Below the pieces are notes generated by a model. It saw only the letters and a program-made list of their open reading frames with translations. It was not told the DNA's origin and searched no databases. DNA of 64,000 nt, taken from contig NW_021835040.1 of assembly GCF_006345805.1 (NCBI RefSeq), positions 10,676-74,675 on the forward strand, in the 5' to 3' direction. Numbering within the stretch: the stretch's first letter is position 1; every line of letters starts with the position of its first letter. This document shows positions 26,725-42,364 of the stretch, in pieces. Position numbers and translations under genes: made by a program. Source of the stretch: Octopus sinensis. Its lineage: Eukaryota.

Positions 26725-26985
<261 letters not shown>

Positions 26986-27879
26986 CTGTACATCTAATTG
27001 CTCACGTTATAAATTTTAGCATATTTATATACTGGTGAAATGCATAAAATCTGGAGCGGATTTTCACACAAAGTTTATCAGAATAATTTCCAAACTTTTG
27101 ACATTTAATGAAATATTGCTTCTGTACATTTTATTTGCTTGCCTCTACATCGCTGCTGCTCTTATCTCTCCGAATTTCTTTCCTTTTAACTTCCCAACCA
27201 TTCTCTTTCTCTGTATTCTCTTAACCAGCTTTCTCTTTCGGTTTCTCTCACTGATTCAATTGTTATGTTTTCTTGTCTTTCTCAACGAAATGTCGAATTG
27301 CTATTAATACTTAAGCAACAATGTCTGACATGCAAAAGCCGGTGTTAACATTCAATTAGAATAACCAATTTCTACAAAGCATTTCCCAAGGAATAAAATT
27401 ACAAATTCTTGATGAATCGTAATAATAGACGAGTGAATTTCGACAGACTCACGCACGCACGCGCACATAAGTATACATACGTACATCCATACATATATAC
27501 ACAAAGATACACGCGCACACACACACAGACACACACACATATATATATACATTTGGTGTCATTGCTCTTAATAAAATTGAGATAACTTAAAATTGTACAT
27601 TTACAGATATACTCGGCGCATATATGAATGAATAATTATCTATTGGTAAATATACACTCGTGGCCTGTCAGTAATATTGCACTTGATATATGTAAGTTCG
27701 TGTACATACACGAGCTTTGATATATGTGTATAAACTTACATAAATACATACATACATATATATATAGTATATACGTATTTATATGTATACATGTATATAA
27801 TATATTTGTATATATGTATATATATATACAGTATATACGTATATATATGTATACATATATATATATATATAGTATATAC

Positions 27880-27943
<64 letters not shown>

Positions 27944-28429
27944 ACGTAGACGCAGATGTTATTGAAATTATTTTACTTCCGACACATGTTTCGAAGATAT
28001 CACTGGTATTATTCTAAAGGAATAGAATGGTGTCAAACAATGTAATCTTCTCTTCGGGGAAGTGAAGAAATGAAACTCGTCAATAAGAAATTTTAACAGA
28101 ATATGATGGATATGTATAGTGATTAACTGGAAGCTATTAAGTTTGATTTTAAAAAAACGTCAAAGGATATAACATCAAATGTAGCCTATAGTATGTGGAG
28201 GGACAAAAGGGAGGAAAAAAACCATTAAAATGTTAACCGTGTTTACAAGGGGATTTTTTAAAAAAAGAATAAGAAAATAGTTCAGAATTACAGAGAAGAC
28301 AGCATTCCTTGACTTTATCAAAAGGTATCGAAATTGAGAGATTCAACATTGTGGTCATTTTGATACCAAATTAATTTACTAAACCCTCTACGTTTATTGT
28401 TAATTTACGCTAATTAGTACGTTAATTTA

Positions 28430-28640
28430 CAAGGCCCTGGCTGATGACAGGCAAGGCTGATCTGGAACCCAACCTAGGCCCCCATACCTACAGCGTTCGC
28501 CGCTGGAATAAGGAGTGGTTGGAGATCATGCGGTCGTTAGCCTCAAATCACCAGGCCTGGTCGGCGTTTGTGAGAGATGCAGCATTGAGGATGAATGAAG
28601 CCAGCTCAACCCACCCCGGGTGAATGCTGTCAAGTGATAG
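28430..28640 (+). mobile_element. Probable LINE 3' end (RTE-like)
   Basis: GC-rich block encoding RRWNKEWLEIMRSLASNHQAWSAFVRDAALRMNEASSTHPG*, resembling W..LA..R..W C-termini of RTE-type ORFs. Clade uncertain. Confidence 0.45.
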
Positions 28641-28644
28641 TCCT

Positions 28645-29340
28645 GTACGTTTATTCCTATCCCTAAATGTAGAGTAATGATTAGAAATTCTTTTAGATAA
28701 CTGAGACGATGAGCTTCCTATATAAAAAAAATACTTCATTATTAGAAGTAATTCTACACTGGTATATAGAGATTCTAATCCTAGAATTACTAGACAAAAA
28801 CTTGATTCTGTTGTAATGGACTCCAGATACAATAACCTTCTTATTAATATTTCTAGGGGGATGGATATTATTAGCTAAATTAAGGTTAGTATTAGTAAAT
28901 GTATCCCTATTTAACAGGCTAGTATTATGCGAAGAGATAATTTGTGAGAGATTTTTGTGTTGGAAAAACAATCGTTACCGTGTATGAGTTCATAATAGAG
29001 TAATACCTAGAATTCTTTGGAAAATTCCTAATAATAGCTTCACGATACTGCGAAGGAAGATTAGATTTAATTTGCCTCCCATAAGCAATAATTAACAAAA
29101 TGGTTTTACTATTAGTTACCTTATATTTAGTGTAATTATCTGTGAAAGACAGATTTACCTTTAGAACGAAAATAGGGGTTTAAATAAGGGTTATCTTCCT
29201 TTCTTTTTACACCATCTTATTCCTTTGAAATTTTACCTGTGATATCTTTGAAACATGTGTCGGAAGTAAAAGAATTTGAATAACACCTGCGTTTAACTCC
29301 ATTTATTTATGTATTTATATATATTATACACAATATTTCA
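28645..29340 (-). mobile_element. Penelope-like element fragment (linker + GIY-YIG) with terminal repeat
   Basis: Frames give IISSHNTSLLNRDT, IYQCRITSNNEVFF and FYIGSSSSQLSKRISNHYSTFRDRNK (GIY-YIG). Terminal motif GAAACATGTGTCGGAAG at 29250-29266. Confidence 0.8.
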
Positions 29341-29467
29341 CGTAAGCCCGGAGTTTCTACCTTTAAAGACAAGAAGTTACATCCTTTTTACTTGTGTGAT
29401 TTTGTCCTACAATGGTAACTTTTTATCTATTTTTCCATGTTAATTGTTATCAAGGGAAATATACACA

Positions 29468-29510
<43 letters not shown>

Positions 29511-29939
29511 ATATATATATACATGGTGCAAAAAATAAAAGAAATGGAATGCGGAGAAGAGCTAAAAGTAAACATTGCAAACCGGGTGTTTTAAAGTGAC
29601 GCCCAGGCTTGTGTAGTACATCGTAAACGTTTCAAACCGTTTGCACTTCTACAGAAAAGATAGATTAGTAGAGCCAAATAAGGTATAGAAACCAAACCAA
29701 TAGCGAATTTTATCAGTTCTAAAGGGTCAGATCATCCTAAAAATATGTAAACAAACCCAAAATATGTAAAGAAACTTCGTAAGTTACGGAGATAAAACGA
29801 CTATGGAAGTGTGTTAGTACAATCATAATTATATAATAATATCTATACTCCGATTTAAAGCAACATTTTTATATAAGCAATTGAATGAAAAATGGTGGTC
29901 TAAGCCTGGCCAAAATCGAATCCACATATCGACGTTAAC

Positions 29940-30115
29940 ATGGCTCCTTGTGCAACCGATTGGGCCAAACGCCCGCCCAAAGTGCTTACCAACCACATGG
30001 TTCTGGTTTCAGTCCCATTGCGTGGCACCGTGGGCTAGTGTCTTCTACTATAGCCTCGGGCAGACCAAAGCCTTGTGAGTGGATTTGTTAGATAGAAACT
30101 GAAATAATCCCGTTG
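29940..30115 (+). mobile_element. SINE family A, 5' half
   Basis: CAACCACATGGTTCTGGTTTCAGTCCCATTGCGTGGCACC..TCTTCTACTATAGCCTCGGGCAGACCAAAGCCTTGTGAGTGGATTTG. Confidence 0.8.
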
Positions 30116-30617
30116 TATATATATATATATATATAGTACAGTTTGGGAAAATGACTTGTAGTCTCCAGACATTGTCTATTCATGTAATCCCATTTCTTAT
30201 CAAGCATTAAAATATTACGTGTGTGCATGTTTTCACAGAAGCGTACATATTTACACACGTACACATTCACAGAGATAGATCCATCATATGAATGTGAACT
30301 TGTATAAAAATAATTGCACATTATCGTTACTTTTTCTTCCGAAATGTTTCTCGATATCAGTATCATTGTGTGCAGTTACGCGTATGGAAATATGCGTAAA
30401 GTTTGCTATATCTACATTAAAAGGGATTTTGAGAAGGAAAAAAATATTTAACACAGATCGGATCAATGTCAATGTTTAAGTTCAGGATTATTTGTCAACT
30501 GAATAACCTCACAAGAGTTTTCACACATGATATGCTCTATTATTATTAGAACCTATATTTCCTTTATCTGTCTACTAAGATTTCAATGTATGTGCCGTAT
30601 CAATATTGATATCTATA

Positions 30618-31230
30618 ATAAGGCGTTGAGCTGGTAGAATCTATAATAAGTCGGTGAGCCGGGCAAAATGCTTAGCGGCATTTCGTCCGATTTTACATTC
30701 TAAATTCAAACGTTGTCGAAGTCGATATTTCGGGCCGATAAAGTGAGTACCAGTCATAAACTATGGTCTACGACATGGAATTTTCCCCTCTCCCGAAACT
30801 GCTGCCATTTGCGAAATTTTGAAATGGCAGAATCGTCAGCTTGATATTCCTTTAGGATCTTTAATGTCTGAGTCCAAATTTCTTCGACCTTGATGTTTGC
30901 GTTGCATACTATTATTGTATAATGTCATCAAATACAATAATGAGTATCCGTTGAGCAATGGGCTGGATGTAAGCGACTTGTACATTCAATTTCAAAACTG
31001 ATGGCCTTGTAAAAAATTTAGAAAGAATATGTCGGTCTGGAACTTTGATACGGCAGCAGTAATTTTGGTGTAGTGTCTAGGTCGATTAAACTGTCCCCTG
31101 CATTCACCAGGTATTTATTCTTTCGAACCGGAAATGATGAACGGCAAAGTCAACCGTGGTAGAATTTGATTTCAGCGCGGAAGCACAAACGAAATACCTT
31201 TAAAGATCTCCTCCGGCGCGTAAACGTTAC
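30618..31230. mobile_element. Cluster of SINE-B copies (+, + fragment, -)
   Basis: AAGGCGTTGAGCTGGTAGAATC..AAAATGCTTAGCGGCATTTCGTCCG at 30620; reverse copy CCAGGTATTTATT..GGCAAAGTCAACCGTGGTAGAATTTG at about 31110-31170. Confidence 0.7.
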
Positions 31231-31451
31231 TGCCTGTTCGCAGGTTTAGGAAGAATATTACCACAGATGTTTCGTTAAGACACCTTATGTGTTTAGTACA
31301 AGTCCTGGTGGCGTTGAAATACCTTCTCATTCTTTCGTAGTCCATCAATTAAATAGTTGTTAGATTATACGTCACCTATTTTTAAAATGTGCGTACATTA
31401 AACACGAATGACGATGTTGACTATATTTCTGGAATGCATATTTTGTTAACC

Positions 31452-31530
<79 letters not shown>

Positions 31531-32619
31531 ATATATATATAAATTTATTGAATAATCCTGCAACAAGTTCAATTATAGCTTCTCGATCAAAAGGAACATA
31601 GCTGTAACTTTTATTCTTTTCTTTTCAATTTTTGTTCACCCTCCAAACTTTTCATCTGCTTTCTCCATTTTTCTTGTAATTTCTGTTGTATTGGCGTCAT
31701 GATTTGGAAATAGAATCGACCATGTGCTCAGAAACTGTAGATTTGTTGATGTCACAAGGCATGCTTTAAAAATGTTCCCAGACAGGTGTCTCCAAAGGAA
31801 GACACTATTAGTAGCTTTTCATATATTGATGTGTTCATTAAATGATATTAATATATGTGTTATTTTAAATATGCTAGAAATATTAAATCTAGTAATCTTT
31901 GAAGTTACATCAATGTATGGTTAAACATGTGTTCTTCCAAAAAATAACTGAACTCATCATTTCATATCTGAGACAATAAGATTTGTGATACGCTCCCAGA
32001 TTGCAACAATGAATGATTTTGAAGATGTAAACTAGAAAAAAAAAACCATCACCATTTTTATTTATATTTTTCATTAGGGAATTACCAATACAGATGCAAC
32101 AAGGCAAGTCGAAATAAACTAAACCAAAACATAGCCCCTTAATATACGTACATACATGCATACACACATACATACATACTTATATACACACATGATGCAT
32201 GCATATATATATATATTATATATATATTGATAGATAGATATATATACATACATATACATGTATGCTTATATGTGTATGTGTTTGTATATATATATGTATA
32301 TACTTACGCATATATACCTGTATATAAATATATGCTTATATGTATATAATTATCCATGTGCATAATATTGAAAGAAAAATTCTGACTGTCACTTGATATT
32401 ACATAAGACGCATATTGTATAGAGAAACCAAACAATCAGGCTAATCGTGACGTCAATCTGTGAGTAATATCAGGCTTACATATATGTGTAAGAACCTGTG
32501 CGTATGTATATAGGAATCTGCCTATGTATATATATATCTATCTATCTCTCTGTTAGTCAGTTTGTTTATCACTATATCTATATATCTGTCTCTCTGTATC
32601 CATGTATATGTCTGTTTAT

Positions 32620-32750
<131 letters not shown>

Positions 32751-32834
32751 CTATCTATTTAACTAACTAACTTACTAACTAACTAACTATCTATCTATTT
32801 ATCTATCTATATATATACCCAAATATCTATCTAC

Positions 32835-32893
<59 letters not shown>

Positions 32894-33518
32894 GCATATA
32901 TATACATATATATACATATACATACATATACATGCGTAGATACAGATACATGTATACACGCATACTACATACACACACTTATATGTTTGTCTGCATACAC
33001 ACACACACACACAAAATCATACTGCATCATTATGCATCCATTCATATTCTGAATTAAATACATATATATATATATATATACATATATATACATGCATAAA
33101 TTAAAGTATACATACTTGTACATATATACATATAAATTTGCATACACACATACACACACACACAGAGAACACATATGGGCAATTCAATGAATGTAAGTAT
33201 TAAATTATCTGCCGAAAACATGCTTATTACAGTAATATTGAATCAGAAAAGCTTTAAATGCAAACAGTATCACACTGACAACACTATACAGATATTCCAT
33301 CTTATATTTAGATTCAATTTCGTCTTAGGTTTGGAACACTTTACGTATGGAGGCATACGTTCGTCTGCCTTTTCTCTTTTCCTCACCGCGTATATTTGTA
33401 GACATACCTATATGCATGTGTATATATGTACGTATATATGTATGTATGTATGTACGCATGTACGTATGTATATATGTATGCATGTATGTATGTATGCATA
33501 TATATATATATACGCATG

Positions 33519-33549
<31 letters not shown>

Positions 33550-33655
33550 GTGTATACATATATGTATATATATTTATATATATGTACATATATAATATAA
33601 TACACGTATATATATATATATATATACATGTGTATATATATGTATATGTATATGG

Positions 33656-33686
<31 letters not shown>

Positions 33687-33837
33687 ATATAGATATATAG
33701 ATATATACATATATATTGATATAAGTATGTGTGAGTACGTGAGAGTGTAGAAATTTGTATGTGTTTAAATATCTATATATAGAGAGACATAGATAGATAT
33801 AGATATATATATATACACACACATACATACATATATA

Positions 33838-33872
<35 letters not shown>

Positions 33873-34679
33873 CATATATAGATAGATCGATATATATATA
33901 TATATAGATATAGATAGATAGAAAGATATACAGATAGAAATGCATGTTTATATACATATATATATATATATATATAAGTGTGTGTGTATGTGTGTTTGTA
34001 AGTTACTGTGCGTCCGTGTGTTTGTAGGAAATACCATTATTCTAAAACGCTGGTCTTTATATTTCCAAGGATGTACGTATACTCGTCCACATCAAGCGTA
34101 TAATTATATATCTATCACTATAATACCTATATACATTAATGTCTACACACGTTTATACATTTTCGTATACCAGAGCAACAGCTGTAAACGCACGCATACA
34201 TATATACGTTTACATATACACATACACATATGAATTATTTACCGTCGCACATGTACGTGCCTGTGGAATCGATATATTTGTCTGTACGAGCATTGATATA
34301 TCCTCAATGCTTGGTGAGGTTTTCCGAAAATACCAAGTGATAATGGTATTAAACATGTCGGTGTTATTTGCTAGTGCAAATGGTCGCAAATTGAACCATT
34401 ATTCGCATGGTTAACTTCAGTTTCGACATCCATATACGTTGTAATCGTCTTCTTCTTGCCGACACTTTCTCCTTCGAAGAACTGGTTAAAGATTATAATC
34501 TACAATTTTACTTTCGAATTACGAAATATAGAAAATATTAGACTGAGTGAAAGATGAAAAGCGAAAGAAAAAAAGAAACGAAAAGAAAACAAGAAGCGAA
34601 AAAAAAAAAAAGAAATACATTAAAAGAAACTAAAAATGATTTAGTACACATGAGCACCCTGAGAAACTTACTAGACTCC

Positions 34680-34782
34680 GATGAGGATGATGATGGTAAT
34701 GGTGATGATGATGATAATGGTGATGATGATGGTGATGATGGTGATGATGATGGTGATGATGATGATGATGATGATGACGCTG

Positions 34783-34840
<58 letters not shown>

Positions 34841-35211
34841 CTCCACATTCCCCTCCACTTCCTCCTCCTCTTCTACTACCCCTAACAATAATAATAATGA
34901 TAATAATAATGGTAACTTCTTATAATAATTGTAATAAGAATATTCAAACCAACAACAAGAATATCAATAGTAAAGAGAACAATAGAGAAAAGGAAAAAAT
35001 AATGGTAAATGTAATAATAAAATGTATTGAGAAGACGACACTTAAGAGCAAAGTAGGTCGGATGACATTGGTGATGACAAAATTGAAGACGATCATTGCG
35101 AGAATACTGGTGATGACGATAGTGGTGATGGTGATAATAGTTACCAACATGATCATAAAGATGATGTCGACGACGACGCCGACGATGATGATAATGATAA
35201 TGAAGGTGATG

Positions 35212-35243
<32 letters not shown>

Positions 35244-35370
35244 GATGATGATGGTGATGTTGATGGTGGTGGTGATGGTGGTGGTGATGATGGTGATGGT
35301 GGTGGTGATGGTGATGGTGATGGTGATGGTGATGATGATGATGATGATGATGATGACGATGACGATGCGA
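34680..35370. repeat. Compound trinucleotide region (GAT/GGT, ACT, GCT, CCT, AAT)
   Basis: Seen directly. It explains the 230-aa poly-M/V/L ORF. Confidence 0.9.
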
Positions 35371-35839
35371 TGAGGTGTGGCGGGGGGGGCAAGTGCATGG
35401 ATCGTGCTACATCTTTACCACCCGCAGGTTACTAACATCTAAAAATGTCCGTCAATTACAGGAAGTGAAAAAAGAAAAAGAGCGAATAAAAAGCGCGTAA
35501 AATGAAACAAATTTTCACCGCAAACAAGCCAATAAAAGCGATTGGAGACAGTGGGGGGGGGGAAAGAGAAGAAACACAGCAAACTTTTGATACGCACCTA
35601 ATGTCGACATTTGCAGATACTCGTTATCAATTATGTATTGTCTCAATGATTCCAGCATTTCATTCATATTGAACGAAATTTACGCAATTTCCGAAAGTTA
35701 CCTATATAATAAATGCAATCGCTAACCATTTCAGTGGAACCAGAAGCGTGCGCGTGTGTATGTAGGCAGGAGCGTATCTAAGTGTGCACAAACATAAATG
35801 CATTCGTATATGTAAGTACATATATATATAACATACATA

Positions 35840-35883
<44 letters not shown>

Positions 35884-36001
35884 GCATATATATATATGTA
35901 TATGCAGTTATATATACATATAGATGTAAGTATGTACATATTAGTATGTATATATGCATGTTTTTTATTTATTTATTACAGTGTTATTATATATATATTA
36001 C

Positions 36002-36032
<31 letters not shown>

Positions 36033-36778
36033 TATATATATATATATATACTATATGTATATGTATGTATGTATATATATATATATGGAGAGAGAGACAT
36101 ATATATATATATAATATATATATAATCGGTGGGTGTGAGCGCCAGTGTGTTTGTGTGCGGTGCGTGTATGTGGAGGTAGATAAAGTGATAGATAGAGGGA
36201 CCTAGTGATGGAGGGAGAGGCACGCGAAGACATAGAAAAGGTGAGAGAAAGTATTAAATTCAGGAATTGGCAAATAGATTTAAGTAAAAACCATTGCAGC
36301 GTGTATGTAGATGTGTATATGTATCAGAAGATTCTAGAAAAAGATGGATGGGGGACAGAATTAAGGAAAATTGGTTGAGAGAGAGAGGGAGATAGAAAAG
36401 AGAGAGAGAGATTTGGGGAGAGAGGGAAGAGCATGGAGAGATAGATCTTTTGGTGCCGACACTTTTTCATTGTTTCCGAGATCGTAATTTAAAAAATTTA
36501 TTTAGTTTGTATATCTGAAATCTGTTACTTTGAGATTATTCTTCAGTGTGCTTCTTTCATCCTTCGTTTGTTGTTGTTGTTGTTGCTGTTGTGATGATGA
36601 TGATGATGATGTTGTGGCTCTGGTCTCGTGGTGTATTCGATGCTTTTGTAACTGTTTTTTTTTTAAAATTACTTTCATTTATTTATTGCAGAAATGCTCC
36701 CAATAAATTTGACGATGATTTATTGTAAATATTTAAAATTTTCTTCCTGCATTATTATTACATTGTTATTACTGTTTC

Positions 36779-36980
<202 letters not shown>

Positions 36981-37084
36981 ATTGTTATTTTTATTGATTA
37001 TTATTGTTGTTGTTGTTTTTGTTGTTATAACTCTGGGCTGCGAGTTTGCACAATCGTTAGCACGCTGGACGAAATGCTTAGCAC

Positions 37085-37400
37085 GTACTTCTCGAGACTT
37101 TTGCTCACTGTTCCCAGGGCTCCGACAATTATTGATACTACTGCTACTTTTTCATCAATCTCAACTGCTTAACTTCCCAAGCTAACCTGTCACATCCCAC
37201 AACCTTTCTTTCTTCCTTATCGCATACCTTGTTTTCAGCTGGGCATGCTATATCTATGACCCAGCATAGTTTGTTTTCTTTCTCAATTATGGTAGGATGA
37301 ACGATTAATTCCGTTTCCAAACCTGACAGTGTGAAGTCCAAACGTTCCTTGCAAAATAACATTCTCATATTTAAAGGGCTGCGAAGTGATTTTCGTCCTT
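37085..37400 (-). mobile_element. R4/Dong/NeSL-type LINE restriction-like endonuclease fragment
   Basis: IIEKENKLCWVIDIACPAENKVCDKEERKV...LAWEVKQL then KVAVVSIIVGALGTVSKSLEKYV. This matches the PD..D/E-xK RLE motif set (IDIACP, KExEK, VVPxxxGALG). Confidence 0.8.
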
Positions 37401-37545
37401 TGCTTAAGTTGAAGTCTAGACACAAGACGAATGCGCAACGCAGAGGTACCGAACCCACAACCAGCGAATAACAAATATATATTCTTAACCTATATATATA
37501 TGAATACTAACGAGTATGCATTGATGAATTCCGCTATTTTTATCC

Positions 37546-37626
<81 letters not shown>

Positions 37627-37656
37627 TTATCTATCTGTCTATCTATCTATCTATCT

Positions 37657-39085
37657 GGTGGCGCGAACACGTACATCGCGTCCGTCATCTTACTACAAAC
37701 TGACCGTCGTACCTGTCCCGACCCTACCATCACCAAACTACAACGTCTCTTTCGCTTCTTGTGGAAAGGATGCGTCCCGATGGTCAGGCCGATCATTTGC
37801 TGTCAAACACCGTTAAAAGGAGGGCTGGGCATGCCGTGGTTGATGATGCGCAGATACACGCGCTGAGACTGCGACATCTCTGGCTCTATGTAGACGACGG
37901 TGAACAGGTGTGGTCGCCGTTTGTGAGGCACGCTTTCCCGCAGCTCGTCTCCATGACCGAACTGCAGTCGTGGATCAAAAAGAGGCCGAGGAGGAAGGGC
38001 GAATGGCACCGCGAGGTGTCGCGTTGCTCTCAAGCAACTCTGCCGTCCTGGGTCGACCTTAAGTGACTTCAACACAACCAAAGCATTCTATAGGGGTTTA
38101 GTGGAGAGGAGGTACGACGACGAGCTCGGGGCGAACCTGGACGTCGACGAGGAGTACCTGACCCACCTGTTCAGGACGACTTTCGGGCCAGGGCCCATTG
38201 ACAACTTCCAGAGATCCCTGGCCTGGCAGTGCTACCGAGAAGCGCTACCCGTTCGGGATAAGCTCTACAGACACGGCTCGAGAAACACGGGGCCGACCTG
38301 CCCGAGATGCGGTCAGAGCGACGAAACCGTTCTGCACGCACTCGTTCAGTGTCCAACAATTTCCGACCTGTGGGCTTATGTCGAACAACTGCTGTCACGT
38401 GTGGGACGAGTCGGTTTTTATCAGCTGAGTCTATCGTCAATATTGTCACGCCTCCTTCCTTCAAACGGGAAGGAAGAGCTATTTTTCATCCTTGTGGCTA
38501 TGGCGAAAGAATGTATCTGGAGGACGCGTCTCAAAGGATTGGAGACAAACACTTTCCTCTCTGGTCAATCTCTCATCAACTTCTTCAAGTACACTTGAAA
38601 AGGAAAGTGAGAGTAGAGAGGCAAGTTTGGTCTAGCGAAGTTTTAAAAAAAGATGGGTGAATGTAGCAAGAATGGCACGTATGAATGACGAAGCCACCTT
38701 GAGCATAGTCCTATGAAACAAGAAATCGAAAACAGAGAGTTGCTTATTTGCAAAAAAAAAAAAAAAAAAAGAAAATATAAAATGTGACTTCATTGACCGA
38801 GGTTACCGTGGTCTTTTCCGTAGGCTTTTCTTTCCACGGGTAAACCTCACCTGTCCTCCCCTTACACTTCATATTGACATTTCTGTGATAACGATCCTAT
38901 TGATCAATTTTTTTTTTCCTCCCCCCCTTTTTTTTAACACCCCTTTTTTGTCCTCTTTCTCTCCTTTTACGATCCCTTTGATCGAAACTCCCCCCTTTCC
39001 TTTTTTTTTTTAAACCTTCAAAGAAAAGCTCTACCTTGTAATTTGTTCTATCTGTGTGCAGCCTGTGTGGCTAATAAAGAAACAT
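37657..39085 (+). mobile_element. 5'-truncated Tx1/L1-clade LINE (RT C-terminus, CCHC zinc knuckle, 3'UTR, AATAAA)
   Basis: LFRFLWKGCVPMVR...PLKGGLGMPW and LAWQCYREALPVRDKLYRHG..TCPRCGQSDETVLHALVQCP (zf-RVT-type Cx2Cx8Hx4C). The 3'UTR has poly-A/poly-T runs and AATAAA at 39073-39078. (TATC)n lies on both sides. Confidence 0.9.
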
Positions 39086-39176
39086 ATATATCTATCTATC
39101 TGTCTACATCTATCTATCCGTCTATCCATCTATCCATCTATCTATCCATCTATCTATCTATCTATTTATCTGTCTC

Positions 39177-39245
<69 letters not shown>

Positions 39246-39297
39246 ATATCTATATATCTATCTATCTATATCTCCGTCTATCTATCTATCTATCTAC

Positions 39298-39353
<56 letters not shown>

Positions 39354-39743
39354 GCATGTGTGTCTATGTGTGTGTCTCTGGTTACATAAGCCAGTGGGTA
39401 GCATCATCTATTTTCAAGAATACCCACCATTATATCTTTAGGCAGAGTTACATGTTTTCTCCATACTCTTTCTAATGGTCTGTCTTTGTGTTCTTTGTGT
39501 CCTTGCCTGTGTGAATCTGTATGAATAATTATGCACCAATCTCTGCAAATCAGAAGCTTACTTCCATTATTCACGTATATATATATATGTATACATCATT
39601 ATCTATACACAGCATATGCATATATATATATGTACATACAAACATATGTTTACAAAGCACATGCATATATATATATATCTATAACATACATATATGTATA
39701 AATATATATATATATATATATGCATAATATTTTATACATATAA

Positions 39744-39795
<52 letters not shown>

Positions 39796-39884
39796 ATTAT
39801 ATATATATTATACATATATATACTACGCATTATATGCTGGCTGTCACCATATATCTCTTTCACTTCCAATTTTTCTCAATATAC

Positions 39885-39920
<36 letters not shown>

Positions 39921-40075
39921 ATGTGTGCGCATGTGTACCTATATATGAATATATGTACATATATATAACATATGTACAATGTATATAAATATGTTTGTAT
40001 AAACATGTACACATAGGAACAAATACCACACAGGCACAAGACATACAGGCACACACACATACATAAATACATACA

Positions 40076-40123
<48 letters not shown>

Positions 40124-40150
40124 TATATATATGTATATATAATATATATA

Positions 40151-40185
<35 letters not shown>

Positions 40186-40187
40186 AG

Positions 40188-40219
<32 letters not shown>

Positions 40220-40588
40220 TATTATATATATCTTTTTTTCGACTGTGTGTCTTTCATTTTGGCTGTCTCAGAATTCCAATCTTATTACAGCCCTTCTTCG
40301 TTCATTGCCTTTAGGAAAGATATTCAGTGTAAATGGAACGTCTCCTCGAATTAAATATTCATTGAGAGGATAACAAAGTGAACTATTTGGTGTCAAAATT
40401 TGGATTCTCTGTTTAATAATTACAGAAGCCTTCCAGTCTGCGGAATATTTGTTGCCATTTCCGAACTGTGTTCATTAGCCTCTGGAGGTGTATTCTTCAA
40501 TATGGCAAGGTCAGCGGACAAAACTACTCACCTGCTGTTAGGAAGCGTCTACTATACCGAATGAGACATATACATATACATATATACA

Positions 40589-40671
<83 letters not shown>

Positions 40672-40726
40672 TAGATAGATAGATAGATAGATAGACATAT
40701 ATTATACTTTATAATATATACATATT

Positions 40727-40757
<31 letters not shown>

Positions 40758-41016
40758 GTATGTATATATATATGTACATCTGTATATATACATATGTATA
40801 TACATATATACATATGTATATATATTGTATATATATATATTTGTATATATATATGTACATATGTATATATACATATGTATATACATATACATATATATAT
40901 ATGTACATATGTATATATATATATAATATATATATATTATGTAGATAGATAGATAAACATATAGATGTAGATATATTATATATGCATGTATGTATTATGT
41001 ATATATATATATATAT

Positions 41017-41050
<34 letters not shown>

Positions 41051-41441
41051 TATATATTATATATATATTATATATGTGTTGTACAAACAATTTAAAAACA
41101 TATCCTGTCAACAACTCTATGCGAGCATATATACAGACGTGGTACATACACCATGCTTACAACAACTTATTTACACAGACACGGGCATATTCTTATGAGT
41201 GCCTTTTCACACGCGTATTTGTTAAACAGCAAAGAAAGAAATGCCGTCTAAAATAAGAAAAGCTGAAGAACATACATAATTTATATTTTCAAGTTACATG
41301 ATATATTTGATGGTGCACACACATGAATACACACCCCAACAAACATATATATAAACCCACGCACGCCCGCAAACAATCATACATACATACACAGACACAC
41401 ACGTAAAGTCTCACTCGCATAGATATATTTACATCATACGG

Positions 41442-41482
<41 letters not shown>

Positions 41483-41523
41483 TGTATATACATATATACA
41501 CACATATAAATACATATATACAT

Positions 41524-41568
<45 letters not shown>

Positions 41569-41762
41569 TACATATATATACATATGTATTCATATATATA
41601 TACAGATATATGAATATGCATATATGTAAATATATATATATACATATATATACACATACGTACATATATATATATAATATATATATATATACGTATATAT
41701 ATATATATATAATATATATATATAGAGACACACACACCACACACACACACACATATACTTAT

Positions 41763-41794
<32 letters not shown>

Positions 41795-42364
41795 AATATG
41801 ACAGCGCTAATGTATATATACGTGTGCATAAAATATGCACATCCTATGTATGAAAAATCTATTTTCTTTATACGGAGATATATCTGAGTGCGTTTCTTTG
41901 TAGCTGTGTATGCGTATATCCTCTTACGATCTATATATACGATGTGTGTGTGTGCGAGTGTGCGTATAAGAGTTGATAGCGAAGAGACAGTGATAAATAT
42001 ATTTTCTCAACATAACGAATGATCGTCAACTCCAGAATAGCTGCGAACATAAATAGCTGCTGCTTTAATGTGTGTTAGCGATCACATACAATTTCTAAGC
42101 ATGTAGATGTCAGACGCGTTTATATATATATATATATATATATAAATTTATATATGTATATATATATTTATATGTATATGCATTCGTACATATGTGTGTA
42201 TGTATGTGTGTGTGTATATGTGTTTAATTTTGAGGGGAGATGTTTTATGGTGTTTGTCATCCCATGTTACAATGTTTGATTTTATGTAGAAACACACAGG
42301 AATGAAAGGTACACACACACACACGAGGTTTTGGCCCGATAACTATGTATCTATCTGTCTGTCT

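Noticed and set aside
32448-32455. Perfect CRE palindrome TGACGTCA
   Set aside because: A single 8-mer; about one chance occurrence is expected in 64 kb.
34681-35373. Longest ORF (230 aa)
   Set aside because: Poly-M/V/L from (GAT/GGT)n and (ACT/GCT)n repeats; no domain-like sequence.
35433-35500. TACTAAC branch-like motif + TTACAG then EVKKEKERIKSA*
   Set aside because: Could be a terminal exon, but it is very short, A-rich and has no linked upstream exon.
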